This document shows positions 39,118 to 52,745 of a stretch of 64,000 nucleotides of DNA, in pieces. This DNA comes from Paragordius varius (taxonomy: Eukaryota > Animalia > Nematomorpha): the NCBI GenBank assembly GCA_964247055.1, contig OZ176052.1, positions 1,178,001-1,242,000 of the forward strand, written 5' to 3'. Every line of letters begins with the position of its first letter. Position 1 is the first letter of the stretch. A program made the translations under genes and the position numbers. The notes under the pieces are model-generated. The model saw only the letters and a program-made list of their open reading frames with translations. It was not told the DNA's origin and made no database searches.

Positions 39118-40012
39118 TACATTGTATACATTAATTAATATAGTCTCAATATTTTTGCTATCTATATGGCTAAAATCTTTAACTAGCTATAATATATATA
39201 TAGGCTGTTGTTTATCCTTAATATCAAAATAATCATAAATTTTAAAGTTTAGCGATGATTATAACGTCAGCTTTGCATAAAAGTGAAAACGCTTTATTTA
39301 CATATATATCAGGTCCAGTAACAAAATTTCGGTTCCATTTATTAACCTTGGGAACTGCCCAGGAACCAATTCGGTTGCGGTTCTAACGCCAAAATAAGTG
39401 GTTACCCATATGTAATTATTTTTAAAAAATAATATTCATTCTCAAATAAATTATTATTTAAAGTTAATTATGTAAAACATTTTTTCTGGTTATCTATCAA
39501 TATGGAAAAAACCATGGATATTTTATCAAATATTTTAATTTTTTAAAATATTATCATATGATAACTTTTTTCCTCGCATATACCAGGTTGACAATTTTTT
39601 CAGAAATCTACTTTATACACTTGAAGAAAACCACAGATATAATTATTTACGGATTTTATAAATTTTCAGATTAAAAACATTAACTTTATAGATTAAAACC
39701 CAAAAATTTCCTAAATTTATACAAGTTTTGCCTTTTTTCACTTTCTCTTTTAAAAATTTAAAGTATTTATTTTAAATAATCCTACAATCTAAATTTTGAC
39801 AAAACCATAAACTTTAGGCTCCACAATAAATTACTCATAAGAGAAAAAATAAGCCACTCTTTATATCAGTGGTATTTAAACCGTGGTTCAAGCTCATTTC
39901 TGGTTACACATTTTCAAAAATATTAACATTTAACATGCGAAATATTGCGGTTCACAACACGATAGTATGAAGTCACTGCCAATATGATAAACAAGAATCT
40001 AATCATTAAATA

Positions 40013-40291
40013 TACCACTTACATTTTATATTCACCCTTTAACAATTAAACTTCACCTTGGAACAATTTAAATTCACCCTAAAAATAAATTATGTGTTTT
40101 TGAAATAATATAACTTATTATTAATATGAAAATATCTTTATGACATAGTTTTTTATTTTTTCAGTATTATTTTAATTTAAAACAAAATTTTATTTTAGAA
40201 AAATATTAAATAGGGAAATTTTAAAGTTAAAAAATTTAATTTATTTGGGGGTGAATAATTGTTCCAGGGTGAATTTGATTTGTAAATGGTA
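40013..40291. mobile_element. MITE family A copy
   Basis: TATACCACTTAC left end; TTGTAAATGGTATA right end. Confidence 0.75.
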
Positions 40292-40346
40292 TATTATAAC
40301 ACACTGTCCACAAAAAATATATGGATGAAATATATATTTATATACA

Positions 40347-41511
40347 CACTGTGTGCAAAAAAATTTTAACAAATTTTTTTTTCATGAAATAGCTTATGAC
40401 CAGCGTATATTTATTTACGACCTAGTTTTTGAAATATTGACAGAAAATTGAAATCGGGAAAATAAAAATTAAGGATAATAAAGGATAATTTAAAAAATAA
40501 TGATAAAAGTCAAGATATTATGGTTTATTACTTAGGAGATATTATTAATATATAAATAGAATCATATAGTTCGGTTTTCTATAAAATTTCAGTTCAAAAG
40601 ATGGGATTATTCTTTTAACACACTTAAAAGACAAAAAAAAGATTATGCTATATTAAAATATTTTTAATTATTTATTAGATAAATTCGCTATTAATGTCTT
40701 AACTTTCAGATTTTATTCAGTAAAAAATATCAAAATAATAAAAAAAATTTTTTATATTTATTTTTTCATCTGGTTTATGATAAAAATTTTTTGTATTATT
40801 TTAAATTTCATATGAGCGGGAATTACGAAGTATATAAATTAAATCTAAATAAAATTTATATGTAGTGGAAAATCTACCTAAAATGCGTACAAATCCCAGT
40901 AAAAATAATTTGTTTTAAAACAAACTTGTTACAAAGATTTTTAAGGATTGTTGGTTGATATTCCACTACTTTTAATCTTATATTGAATAAAATATACTTT
41001 ATAACTCCCAATAATCTATTCCAATATAAAACAGTATAATTTTTTTATACACTCATAAACCAGATGATAAAAAAATGAAAAAACAATATTTTTTGATTTA
41101 TTTTGATTTTTAATTTTTTTTACTGAATAAATATGAATGTTAAGATTTTAATAGTGAGTTTATAGTATATAATTTAAAATTATTTTATGATAGTTTCATA
41201 AAAATTTTTTTGTCTTTTGAAAGTGTTAAAAGAAAAACGCCATCTTTTGAACTTAGATTCCATATAAACCCTAAGGCTATTTATATATTGAAAATACCTC
41301 CTAAAATGATAATAAACCATAATATATAAACTTTTATCATTATTTTTTAAATTATCCTTTATTATTAATTTGCACTTTTGCCCGATTTCGATTTTCTCTC
41401 AATATTTCAAAAACTATGTCGTCAGCAAATAAATGGCAAATGAATTCGCTGGTCATAAGCTATCTATAGAAAATAGAATCTAAAAATATTAACCCTTTTT
41501 TGCACACAATT
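40347..41511. mobile_element. CAC..GTG long-TIR non-autonomous element (Chapaev-like), older copy
   Basis: Starts CACTGTGTGCAAAAAAA and ends TTTTTTGCACACAATT; flanks TACA/TATA; colinear with 44403-45628. Confidence 0.75.
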
Positions 41512-41973
41512 TATATATTAGTTAGGAAATCGTATCATGATCATTGCTCTTGTTTATGGCCTTTACGAGTCATTCAAGATTATTTCACTTTTGTCAATGC
41601 TCAATTTAGGATGTAAATTAAAAATGCGCATATTTGTTTAATAAAAATTTTCAAGTAAAGCTAAATGTTTTATTCCAAAAACTACGACTAAAATATATCA
41701 ACTACATACAAAAAATAAAATATTTTTTTTAAAGTTTAATATTTTAGATGTGGGCTCTGAATGTCTCAAATTTTTGGGCCCATTCAAAATGGACAAGTTT
41801 TTTTAAAATAGGGGTGAAAGGGTCAAGATTGCGGGAAAAAAATGAATACTAAATTTTTGCATCAAAAAAGTATTTGAAAAAATGGATATTTTGCTCAAAA
41901 ATTCACATATATCAAAATTGTTTTAAGCGAGTTTTATGGTATTTTGAAGCATGTTGATGTTACTAAAAACACT

Positions 41974-44900
41974 TTGGTTGGTTGGTTATCCTAAGTCGTA
42001 AATGACTTTTTGGATATAGTTTTCCCTATTTCTTTCCACTTTCTTCTATCTTTTACCGCTACATTGAGATCGTTCAATGTCATTTTAGTCTCCTCTTTTA
42101 TCATAGCCAACCACCTCATCGGTGGTCGGCCTCGTTTCCTTTGTCCTTCTACCTTCCCAAACATTGTATCTTTCTCTAGATAATTCGATCGCATGACATG
42201 ACCAAAATATGTTAACTTTCTTTTTAGAATTATCTCCAGGATGTTTGTTTTAGGCTTTATTTCTGTAGTTAGATTTCCATTATTAATTTAATTCTTACAG
42301 GTGTATCCTAACATCCTACGCCAGCAGCTTCTTTCGAACGCCATTAGCCTTTCTTTGAGCTCTCACAACCATATGTGGTGACGGGGAGAACAAAACAGTA
42401 GCGTTATCTTTTTTTAGTTTCAACTCCTACTATTTTGTTTTCCAAATCTTTATTAGTTTGATCATCGCTTCTTTACCCAATTTCTTTTCTGATGTCAGGA
42501 GTTGAAGTCCCATCCTAGGAAATTATAGTACCCAAAAACCTTAACTGTTTACTTCTATTTTCACTCCTTCTATAATAAATAGGCTTTTCTCCAGTACATA
42601 ATATTTTGGTTTTGTTAGGGTTAAGCATAAGACCATAACTCAAATTTTCCTTTCGAATCTCTTCAATCAATTCCTTTGAATCATTTACATTTTCAGTTAT
42701 AAGAGTGGTATCGTCTGCAAACCTTATTGATTGTTCTCCCTCCTATTCTTACTTTAATATTTTTATCCAATTTTCTCATTATCATTTCTGTTCTCATATT
42801 GAACAGATAAGGGGATAAGCAACACCCTTGTCTGACTCCTCTTAAGATAGGTAGTTCTTCTGTGTCCCCCGCTGATGTTCTTATAATCGCTCTTTGTTTT
42901 ACATAGAAAGAGCTAATCAATTTAATTAAGTGGGACGATACCCCTAATAACCTTAAAGTTTCCCACAAGGAGTCATAATTAATCGAATCGAAGGCTTGTC
43001 TGTAATCAATAAAACATAATTGTTTCTGAAACTCTCTAGATGTTTCCATTATTCTTCTCATGTTTGATATATGGTCTCTTGTGCTTTTTCCCTTCATAAT
43101 CCGGCTTGATTTTCTGGTATTTCTGACTGTATAATACTGTGCATCCTGTTTTGTATTATTTTCAACAAGACCTTACTAGCCTGGCTAATAAGAGCTATGT
43201 TTCGGTAGCTTTACTGGAGTACATGACCTTTTTTGTATATTGGGAGATATACAGAAGACATCCAGTTGTTTGGCCACTCACATGTTTCCCACACCTTTTG
43301 ACATAACTTGTGTAATGTTTCACAGGAATAGCTTTTATGAACTCTATTGGGATATTGTCTAATCCCATCGCTTTGTTATTAGTAATTCGTTTTAAGGCTA
43401 ATTCAACCTCCTCTTTTAGTATATCTGGATCACGTTCTTCCTCTTTTAATTGCAAAACTTTTGCTTGAGGGGCCTGATAGAGTTTTTGGGTGTATTCCAT
43501 CCATCTTTCTCGTACTTATAATTGTTTGCACAATATGGTGCCATTCTCTTTTTAATCTTTTGGGATGTTACATAAGGTTTAAGAGTCATTTGCATCAGTT
43601 TCTGGAACATTGGTTGCATTATCCTATTTTGTTATTTAATTCCACTTTCAGACATTGTTTATTAATAAATTCTTCATAATCCTTTCTTGGAAATTTTTTG
43701 TTATATAATTTAACCATTTTATTATCCCTCTAGAATTAGCTTTTCTCCGCTTTTCTGCTATCTCTAAACTCTCTGATATCCATTTATTATCTTCTGTCTT
43801 TACCCTTTGCACTTTTTCTTTTGCCACTTCATTAATAACATTTCTTATCGTTCCCCATAATTGTTCTGAGCTACATTCATTGTCCAATCTATCTAATTTA
43901 TCTTTTGTTTCTGTTCTAAAACTATTTGGAATGTTCCGAGTGTCATACCTGTATGTCTGTTTAACCTTATTTTTAATTATTTTAAGTTTGATTTTTGTTA
44001 CTAAAAGCTCATGATCGCTAAAGTAATCGCTGCTTTTGCTTGTTTTTGTATTGAGCATAGAGCTTTTTTGTGAACATATTATGTAATCGATTTGATTCTT
44101 ATATTACAGGATGGAGAGGTCCATGTGTACAACATTCGATTTTGTTGTGGGAACAATGTGTTGGTTATCATCATCTCATTTTCTTGGCAAAAATTGATCA
44201 GTGCTTCCCCAGCCTCGTTTCGTTCTCCCAATCCATATGGCCCGACTATTTGATCTACTCTACCTCTACAAACTTTGATGTTCCAATCCCCTCCTATGAT
44301 AATCATATCTCCTTTCTTTGTTTCATTCAAAACTATTTGCAACTTTGCATAAAAATCCTCTTTGTCTTCTTTGGGAGCATTTGACGTAGGAGCATAGACT
44401 GCCACTGTGTGCAAAAAAATTTTTAACGAAAAAATTTTTTTTTCATAAGATAGCCTATGACCAGCGTATTCATTTGCCGCAATTTTTTTTATTTGTGGAC
44501 CTAGTTTTTGATATATTGAGAGAAAATCAAAATCGGGCAAAAAGTGACAATTAAGGATAATTCAAAAAAATAATGATAAAATCTGAAATATTATCGTTTA
44601 TTATCATTTTAGGAGATATTTTTAATATATAAATAGCCTAAAATCATATAGTTAGGGTTTCTATAAAATTTCAAGTCAAAAGATGCTTTTCTTTTATCAC
44701 ACTTAAAAGAGAAAAAAAATTAATGAAACTATATTAAAATAATTTTTTTAATTATTTACTACCTAAACTCACTATTAAAATCTTAATATTCATATTTTAT
44801 TCAAGAAAATAAATTTTTATATCGAAATATATTGTTTTTTATTTTTGCATTTTTTTATCATCTGGTTGAGTGTATGAATTTACACTGGGTTTCTTAAATG

Positions 44901-45955
44901 AGTGGGAATTATTAAGTATATAATTTATGCAAAATAGGATTAAAAATTAGTGGATCAACCAACAATCCGCACAAATCCCAATACAAATATTAATTTGTCA
45001 TAAAACAGACTTGTTACAGGAAATTGTAAGGATTGTTGGTTGATATTCCACTACTTTTAAATCCTATTTTGCATAAATTATATACTTAGTAATGCCTAAT
45101 CATGTAAGAATCCAAAATAAAACAGTATAAATTTTTTATACATTCATAAACCAGATGACAAAATAATGCAGAAACAAAAAACAATATATTTTGATATCGA
45201 AGTTTCCTGAATAAAATATGAATGTTAAGATTTTAATAGTGAGTTTAGGTAGTAAATAATTATAAAAAATTATTTTAATATAGTTTCATTAAATTTATTT
45301 TCTCTTTTAAGAGTGAAAGAAAAACGCCATCTTTTGACCTGAAATTTGTAGAAACCCTAACTATATGAATTTAAGCTATTTATATATTGAAAATATCTCC
45401 TAAAATGATAATAAACAATAATATTTCAGTGTCATTATTTTTTGAATTATCTTTATTTATCCTTAGTTTTCACTTTTTGCACAATTTCGATTTTCTCTCA
45501 ATATTTCAAAAACTAGGCTGTCAACAAATAAAATTTTTTGCGGCAAATGAATACCCTGGTCATAAGCTATCTCATGAAAAAAATTTTTTTTCGTTAAATC
45601 AAAATGACCCTCTTTTTTGCACACAGTGCTGCTATGTATGTAATTTAAGTGGCTTAGCATTCAGACCAATACTCATGATTCTGGGTGTATATGGTGTATA
45701 GCTAATGAGACTTTATTTATTGTTTTTTATTAATACTGCAACGCCTTCTAATTTCCGGTCATCTCTCCCCGATCTTAACAATGTAAAATTTTTGTTTTGT
45801 GCTTTCGCGCTACCTTTTTGCTTAGTTTCCGTTAGACCCAGTATATCTAAGTTCAATCCTTCCATTTCTCTTTCAATTATAACCTGTTTGGTTTCTGTTA
45901 ATGAACGTACGTTCCAGCACCCAACTTTAAAAGGGGGCGTCAATTGCATAGTGTA
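41974..45955 (-). mobile_element. RTE-clade (BovB-like) LINE, near full length, frameshifted and interrupted by a DNA transposon
   Basis: APE motifs GCWNVRSL, DILGLTET, AVYAPT, GDWN and NTLF; RT motifs FIDYRQAFDS, GVRQGCCLSPYLFN and RFADDT (after a frameshift); C-terminus FGKVEGQRKRGRPPMRWL; 3' (ACCA)n tail at 41974-41987. Confidence 0.93.
44403..45628. mobile_element. CAC..GTG long-TIR non-autonomous element (1226 bp) with 4-bp TSD, Chapaev/CMC-like
   Basis: CACTGTGTGCAAAAAA...TTTTTTGCACACAGTG; CTGC duplicated at 44399-44402 and 45629-45632; about 250-bp imperfect TIRs. Confidence 0.85.
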
Positions 45956-46433
45956 ACTATTTTTTGGCTTTACAAAAAAAAATTAAATAAATATCTAGGA
46001 TAGTAAAATAAATTCTACTTAAAAATTAACCTTTATAAATGTTGTCAATTTTTGATAAATTATGAATATTAATATTTCTCTTGGTATAGCAATCATAAAA
46101 TAATAAAAAAAGAGTTGAAAGAAAACATTGTTTCCCGTCGCATTCCCTCTCAACTACCGCTTTACTTAAAAATATATGGCTAGGATAGTAAAGAAAAAAA
46201 ATATATTAATATATAAACATTCTATAAATTTTGTCAATTTTTGATAATATATGAAATATTTTATAATAAACTCTTTATATTTACAGTGTAAGCATAAAAT
46301 TACAAAAAAATATAGCTAGGCTAGTAAAATAAAATAAAAAAAGGCACCAAGAACTAGAAATAATAATAATAATATGTATAACAATGATTTTTTATGAAAT
46401 ATGAAATATAAATGGAATTTTAATACGGGTATC

Positions 46434-46739
46434 TGGGAACGGATACATCTGGATATTGCCAGTCCTATTGATGGGTTTTATTGGTTAGTCGCTATCGATA
46501 GTAGCTCCAGATGGGTTTAAGTCGAATTGCTAATAACTGTTAATTCTGCAAACATATTACATTGGTTAGAAATTTGGTGTGTAAGGCAGGTACGGGTTTC
46601 CCGAATGATAGTTACCGATAATGCATCATATTTTGCATCAAAAGATTTTAAAGATACCTTGAAACGAGCAAATATTAAACATGTCACTAGTGCCCCCTAT
46701 CATCCACGAACAAATGGGCTAGTGGAACGGGTCATTTAA
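46434..46739 (+). pseudogene. Ty3/gypsy integrase core fragment
   Basis: WERIHLDIASPIDGFYWLVAIDSSSRWV*..IVTDNASYFASKDF..IKHVTSAPYHPRTNGLVERV; internal stop; no RT or LTR seen. Confidence 0.88.
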
Positions 46740-48546
46740 AATATTATAAAAACAGTTTTTATATATAGTTCGATGATGTTGCACATGTTAATCGCTTTGA
46801 CATTTTATTTTAAAGGTTTGTTTGATTTTGAATTTGGGTAAATTTTTGTAAAAAAACATAATTAATTTAACGAACCAATGTGCGTAATTTTGAAATTCCA
46901 AAATATCGTGTAACCGCAACTTGTATGCCCCAAAACCAAAAGCTTCATGAGAAACGTAATAGATCATTAGAATATATATGTAGTATATCAAAATATCTTT
47001 TATATCCACCCCTCGCAGTGTAAGTGAAACTTAATATAACATTTTGATGTTTCAAGTATTAGGTATGATTATATTATACGCTTCAACCATAATATAAAAA
47101 ATATTTTAAAGGGTAAAAATATTTTTGGTGAGTATTATATAATCTAAAATTGAGTAACATTGGGAGTTTTACACTTTTTAAATGATTGGGATTTAAGCGT
47201 AAAAGTTAGAAAGAATTATAAATTGCCTTTCACCTTTTTAAAAATTCAGATATGACTTGGAAAAAGTAACAAACCACCTACTATAATATAAATTATACGC
47301 TTTAGCTGTTGTTTGTGGGTCGCTTTCTTTTAAATTACCAAAGTTTACTGCATTTAAGAAATAGGCATAAACATAACATTAAATATATATTTTTATTACA
47401 AATTTTGTTTCCCTATTAAAATTATTTTATATGTGAGTGACCATATACAATAATTAAAACGATTATATCGTTTCGAGTACAACCTAAATAATTTTCCAAC
47501 AGACTTTTGTCATACTCTTAGGCATATATCATGTCAGAATAAAAGCCAAGCGTTCATTATATGAGGCGTTACCCAGATAACCAGATATAGAGACGCTTTA
47601 TAAGAGAGTAAGATATATAAGTGGTGGGACTTTTTTCTGACAAATTACTCAAGACTAACATATCTTTACAAATCGACACTTGTTTATAGAGTAACACACT
47701 ACATTAATCATTTGTTAAATATATTACTATCAATGTATAGGATAAAATTTGGATATGTGTATATAGTTGTATTTAAATATTTAGCATTGCACACATTACC
47801 TACAAACAGAATTCCATCGAAATGAACAATAGGTCACAGGTCACGCATTCTGTAAATCTAAAAAAAAAATTAAAAAAGATTTATGACAAAAAAACATTTA
47901 TGGCTTGGTCTTTGACATTTTTGTGTTAACATGAGACTTTTAGAAATTTCATTCTAGATTACTTTTTATCCTGTGAAAATAATACGAAAAGATTTACAAT
48001 ATAATATTACTGCTCTTCGCTTTTATTACAAGAGTAGGAAATTTTTCTAATATTTTTTTATATCCCTAATGATATATTAATGCCATTATTACGAGAGAGA
48101 AAAAACCCACATAAAATTACAAAATATTTATAATATTGTACACTTCTCAGTGCTTTCTTTATTAAGTTTCTACCAATTTTTGTTCGTTTCACCTCTATTA
48201 TGCAATAATAAATTTCTCATATGCAATTTATTCAATTTTAAATACTTAATAATACCACATAGACGACGTATACACATAAAAAGCATAATAATTGCTATAA
48301 TAATTGAATTTTTTAAATATGTTGTTGTATGAAAATGATGTTTTGGACTCGTCCAGGAACCACGCACAAAAATTAAAAAATTGCGATTTCCTCAGTTTAA
48401 ACCCTATACATCTAACCAAATTTTGCTCTCTTATCTCTATCTTCTGTTATTTTAACGCCATAATCATTGCTCCCTATTACTTTTTATCGTCCTTTGTCGA
48501 CAAGCCTCCTACAAACAAGAAAACGAATATAATTAAGTATGAAAAA

Positions 48547-48703
48547 ATGAATGGAAATCCGACTAAAGTCTATAGCATCCTTAATAGATCCAGCAAATTC
48601 GTTTTGATAATTACATTGATTCTGTTTAGTTACATTCCAAGCTCAAACGCCGGCCTATTGCAAAAAATTCAGTATTCTGGCGTAACTTGTGTTCAAGACC
48701 CTA
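48547..48703 (+). other. Possible first exon of a small secreted protein (unresolved)
   Basis: MNGNPTKVYSILNRSSKFVLIITLILFSYIPSSNA-GLLQKIQYSGVTCVQDP has a signal-peptide-like core, followed by a GTAAAT donor; no convincing downstream exon found. Confidence 0.25.
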
Positions 48704-49865
48704 GTAAATTATATATTTTGGTCCTCAAAAATTTAATTATTGTACCTTTTTAGCATATTGGGCATCGCTGTGACTGCTAAACCATTGATTTTTTAGACAA
48801 TCGGTAAAAATGTCTGTAAAATAATGGCATCATGAAAAATAAAATTTAATATTTTAATATTAGTTACACCGGTAAAATTTAACCATTTTGAAACTGAATT
48901 AACCTATAAAAACATGTATCCAATTTTAGGACCGTTGGCCACAGTTTGCTAGATATAGTAAGATCAGTCGTGATCCGATAAATATTTTCAGCATAAAGGT
49001 CATAAAATCAAACTACCATGCTTTGAGCAGCTGATTATAAAAAATTTCATTAGAAAACTAATTTTTTATATTATATTATATTAAAAATTATTGATTGTGT
49101 AAAATACTTAAATTAAATTTAATGTATTAAGTACCTTTGGCTTTTTAGGGGGTATGAATGGCATAAATGAAAACAAAAGCTTCAGTCAACTTATAGATTT
49201 TATTTATATTATTTTTTATGTATACTCATTGGCATATTTTTCTTTCTAACATTTTGAGAATTAAAAGGAAATTAAAATATAAATGATAAATTTGAGGATA
49301 AGTTTTAAGTTTCTCTAAGTAATTATCACGGCTAGAATTTATAGAGGGCTTTTAGTTTAAAATGTTATGCGATAACTTTTAAAATATTTTCTCAAAAACT
49401 TTTTTCGCCAATAATATTTTTTTGATACATTAACGCATCTACGGGATTTGCATATTAAATAATTATGGCGCGTAAACCCCATTTTTCAATTGTTAGCTCC
49501 ACATTATTTTATTAATAATTTAATAAAAAACAGATTAAACCCAAAATCAAATATATTATATATAAATTAAATATTTTGATTTCCAAGTTGAAGTTATTAT
49601 AGAAAACATCGAGAATATGATCAATTAAATATTAGTTGAGCGCGTTATTGACATCCATTAATCAATGCCTAGTACTTGTCGAATAAATAGACGCAAACTA
49701 ATATTTAATTAAGTGAATGGCTTTTCGTTCCCCTTAAATTGGGAACAACTCTGTATATACTATATAGATGTGGTATTTTGTTGGATAAAAATTAACAAGT
49801 TTTTAAAATAATAATTTTTCCTTTTTTGCTCAAATTTTTAAAATTTATGTTTCCCCTGTGAAATA

Positions 49866-50234
49866 TACCATTTACAATTCAATTTCACCCTTAAACAATT
49901 CAAAATCACCCTTGAACAATTCAAATTCACCCTCGAACAATATAAATTCATTCTCAAATAAAATATATGTTTTTTAAGATTAAAAAACACCTATATTTTA
50001 TATATGTTTTTAAAAAAAAATTTTGTTTTTAAAATAATACTGAAAAAATAATAAACTATACCATAAACATATATTTTATATTAATAATGAGTTATATTAG
50101 TTTCAAAACACATAATTTATTTTTAGGGTGAATTTGAATTGTTCAAAGGTGAATTTGAATTGTTCAAGGGTGAATTTGAATTGTTCAAGGGTGAATTTGA
50201 ATTGTTTAAGGGTAAATTTGAACTGTAAATGGTA
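49866..50234. mobile_element. MITE family A, best-preserved copy
   Basis: TA-TACCATTTACAATTCAATTTCACCC ... GGGTAAATTTGAACTGTAAATGGTA-TA; several 21-bp units at each end. Confidence 0.9.
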
Positions 50235-50973
50235 TATTAATCATTAAAAGTTGTTATCTTTAAATTTTAGCGGTGGTTCAACAACAGCCCTTATATCCAA
50301 GCCATAAATCCCCAGAACAATATTGTACTGAAGTGTGCCAAATAAATAAATATCTGGGCAAAAGTTGTTACCAACTTTGTAAGAAGCATTATGCCTTACG
50401 GAACAATTTGTTGAATAAATCATTTTAATTTTATGATGTATGTTTGTTCATCAATTATTTTACATCACACCCACTCACCCACACATTCATTTCATGAAAA
50501 TATATACAAAACGTTGACAATCCATCTTTATATGATTTGATAATAAAAAATAAATATGATGAAAATTGGTATTTGATAATAATCATAGGAAGCTCGTCGA
50601 AAATTATTGTTTATGTTTTATATATTGTGTTAGCTGAAAATTTCGATTTAACCATATCAATTATAATTTGAGTTCGATGGTAAAATATTATAAAAAAGTT
50701 ATTTAATTTGCCTGCAATTTTACCCAAAATCAAAAAATGGCATTTAAGCATAACCCAAATTTTATAATTTATTTACCAAAATTTTATTAATATGTTTTAG
50801 CAAGCTTTTTCAGGTCTAATAATAAAGCTAGAATCCTAAAATTACTCTTTGCTGTGAATATACTGGTTCAATAAAACTTGCGATATTTTATTATTTTAAA
50901 TTTTAATTAAAAAAGTAGAAATAAAAATAGCAATACTCATATAACACATCGCTTTCAAATTGAGCTTGGTATG

Positions 50974-51249
50974 CAGTAAAAATTGAAATTATACGGACAA
51001 AACGTGAAAATAAAAAGACAAATATTTTTTTCAAAAAGCCAACCATACTTTTTTAAGCTTGATTTTTTTAAAGTTTTAAACTACAAAGTATAATTAGAAA
51101 TGTAAATTGGTAACAAGAACAATTATATATTTACAATATCAATTAAATAGTGTATATAGGATAAGTTAACATTTAAAAATTATGGTTGTCTTCGGAAAAA
51201 AGATTTGTCTATTTTTTACATTTTGTCCGTATAATTTCAATTTTTACTG
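50974..51249. mobile_element. MITE family B (Tc1/mariner-like CAGT termini), best-preserved copy
   Basis: CAGTAAAAATTGAAATTATACGGACAAAA ... TTTTGTCCGTATAATTTCAATTTTTACTG; about 80-bp TIR. Confidence 0.85.
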
Positions 51250-51506
51250 TTTTCAAAAGACTTTAGATATTTTTATCCTAGCGGTATTGTACAAAACGCT
51301 AAATATAAAATAAACAAATATTTAACAATTCAATATAAAATGTTTTATTCAATTATTTTTATATCTTTTTGAATTTTAATAATTTTGCAATAGTCCGCCT
51401 AACACAAGCTCCTTCACAAATTGATTCAAATTTTTTTTGGAATTTTTTACCTAAATAAAATGTGTAAAAGGTTAGGCCGAAATTTACCTAATCGGGGAAT
51501 ATTATA

Positions 51507-51749
51507 CAGTAAAAATAGACAATAATTTTTCAATATACAACCATACTTAGATTTATTTATCCTTTAAAACCATTTAATTACAATCGTAAAATTAGTTGAT
51601 TGTCCAATTTACTTTCTATATTATAGTTTGTAGCTTAAAACAATTATTTATATATTTAAAAAGTCCAAATTAAAAATTTATGGTTGTCTTTTAAAAAATA
51701 TTTGTCTTTATAGTTTCACGTTTTGTCAGTATAATATCAAGTTTTACTG
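51507..51749. mobile_element. MITE family B copy
   Basis: TA-CAGTAAAAAT left end; TTTTACTG-TA right end. Confidence 0.7.
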
Positions 51750-51780
51750 TAACAAAAAAGCATATTTTGATAGGAAAATA

Positions 51781-52745
51781 TATCAGGATTCTGTACTTTT
51801 GGTTTTTTGGCATTTTTAAGAATATGACTTTTGTGGTAATTGTTCCATATCAAAAAATGGCCAAATTCATGCACATTACTTTAAATAAATACTTTTGAAA
51901 TCCTTATGCTTTGTTCCAAAAATTATCATAAAAATATATTATATACTCATTATATAAAAAGAAAAACAATATTTTATAATTTTACATTTGGCGTACCAAA
52001 GTTCCATATTTTTTCCCCCTTATGGGCTAAAAAATAAAGGCGATGCCGAGATTGCGCGCTAAAAAAATTTCCGCGTATGGATAGTTTATTGTATTTTGAA
52101 TTATGGTGGAAACAGTATTAAAATACTTCAAGATATTAATAATCATTTTCTCTATATAATTCGATGATGCTGAACATTATCACCTCAAAATATTTTAAAA
52201 GGCTAGTTTATTTAAAATTGGGGTGTTTTGTAAATAACAATACATATTTAACTGAATTTCAAGACGTATAATTTTTTAATCGAAATTCTGAGGAAAGAGA
52301 AATGTTCAGGATTATCGAGTTAGCGTTTTTATACAGTTTTATTCAAAATAACATAATATACCCTTGACAAAATCCAAAAATTAAATTATTAAACAAAATA
52401 TCCATTTTTTCAATTAAACTTTTCTAAATTCAGAATATATTTTAAATATTTATCCCGCTATTTTAAAATTTGTGTTTATTAAGAGGACTAGCCCATATTT
52501 GAGAAGGATGAAAAAATTAGGACTTAAGAAGTCTACATTTTAAAATTAAACAAATATATTGTGCTATGTAGTATTATCCACAATGATAATTTTTTATACA
52601 TAGCATTTGGCTTTCATCATTAAAAAAATATTTAACATGTGCGCAATTTTGCCATTTTCTGATATAAAGCACTTACCGCAAAAGTGTAAATAACTTCCTT
52701 AAATCACTCGTAAGGGCCAAAATAAAAAGCATCAGGGTATCCAGT
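51781..52745. mobile_element. Old element with diverged long inverted ends, related to 28870-29900
   Basis: CTTTTGTGGTAATTGTTCCATATCAAAAAATGGC is roughly mirrored by GCCATTTTCTGATATAAAGCACTTACCGCAAAAG. Confidence 0.45.

Noticed and set aside
49148-49736. Possible Kolobok-like element (TTAG-GGGG ... CCCC-TTAA)
   Set aside because: Terminal similarity is too poor to support a call.
50120-50234. 21-bp direct repeat arrays that superficially resemble CRISPR or iterons
   Set aside because: The units are contiguous with no unique spacers, lie inside TIR elements in a eukaryotic genome, and have no cas genes nearby.
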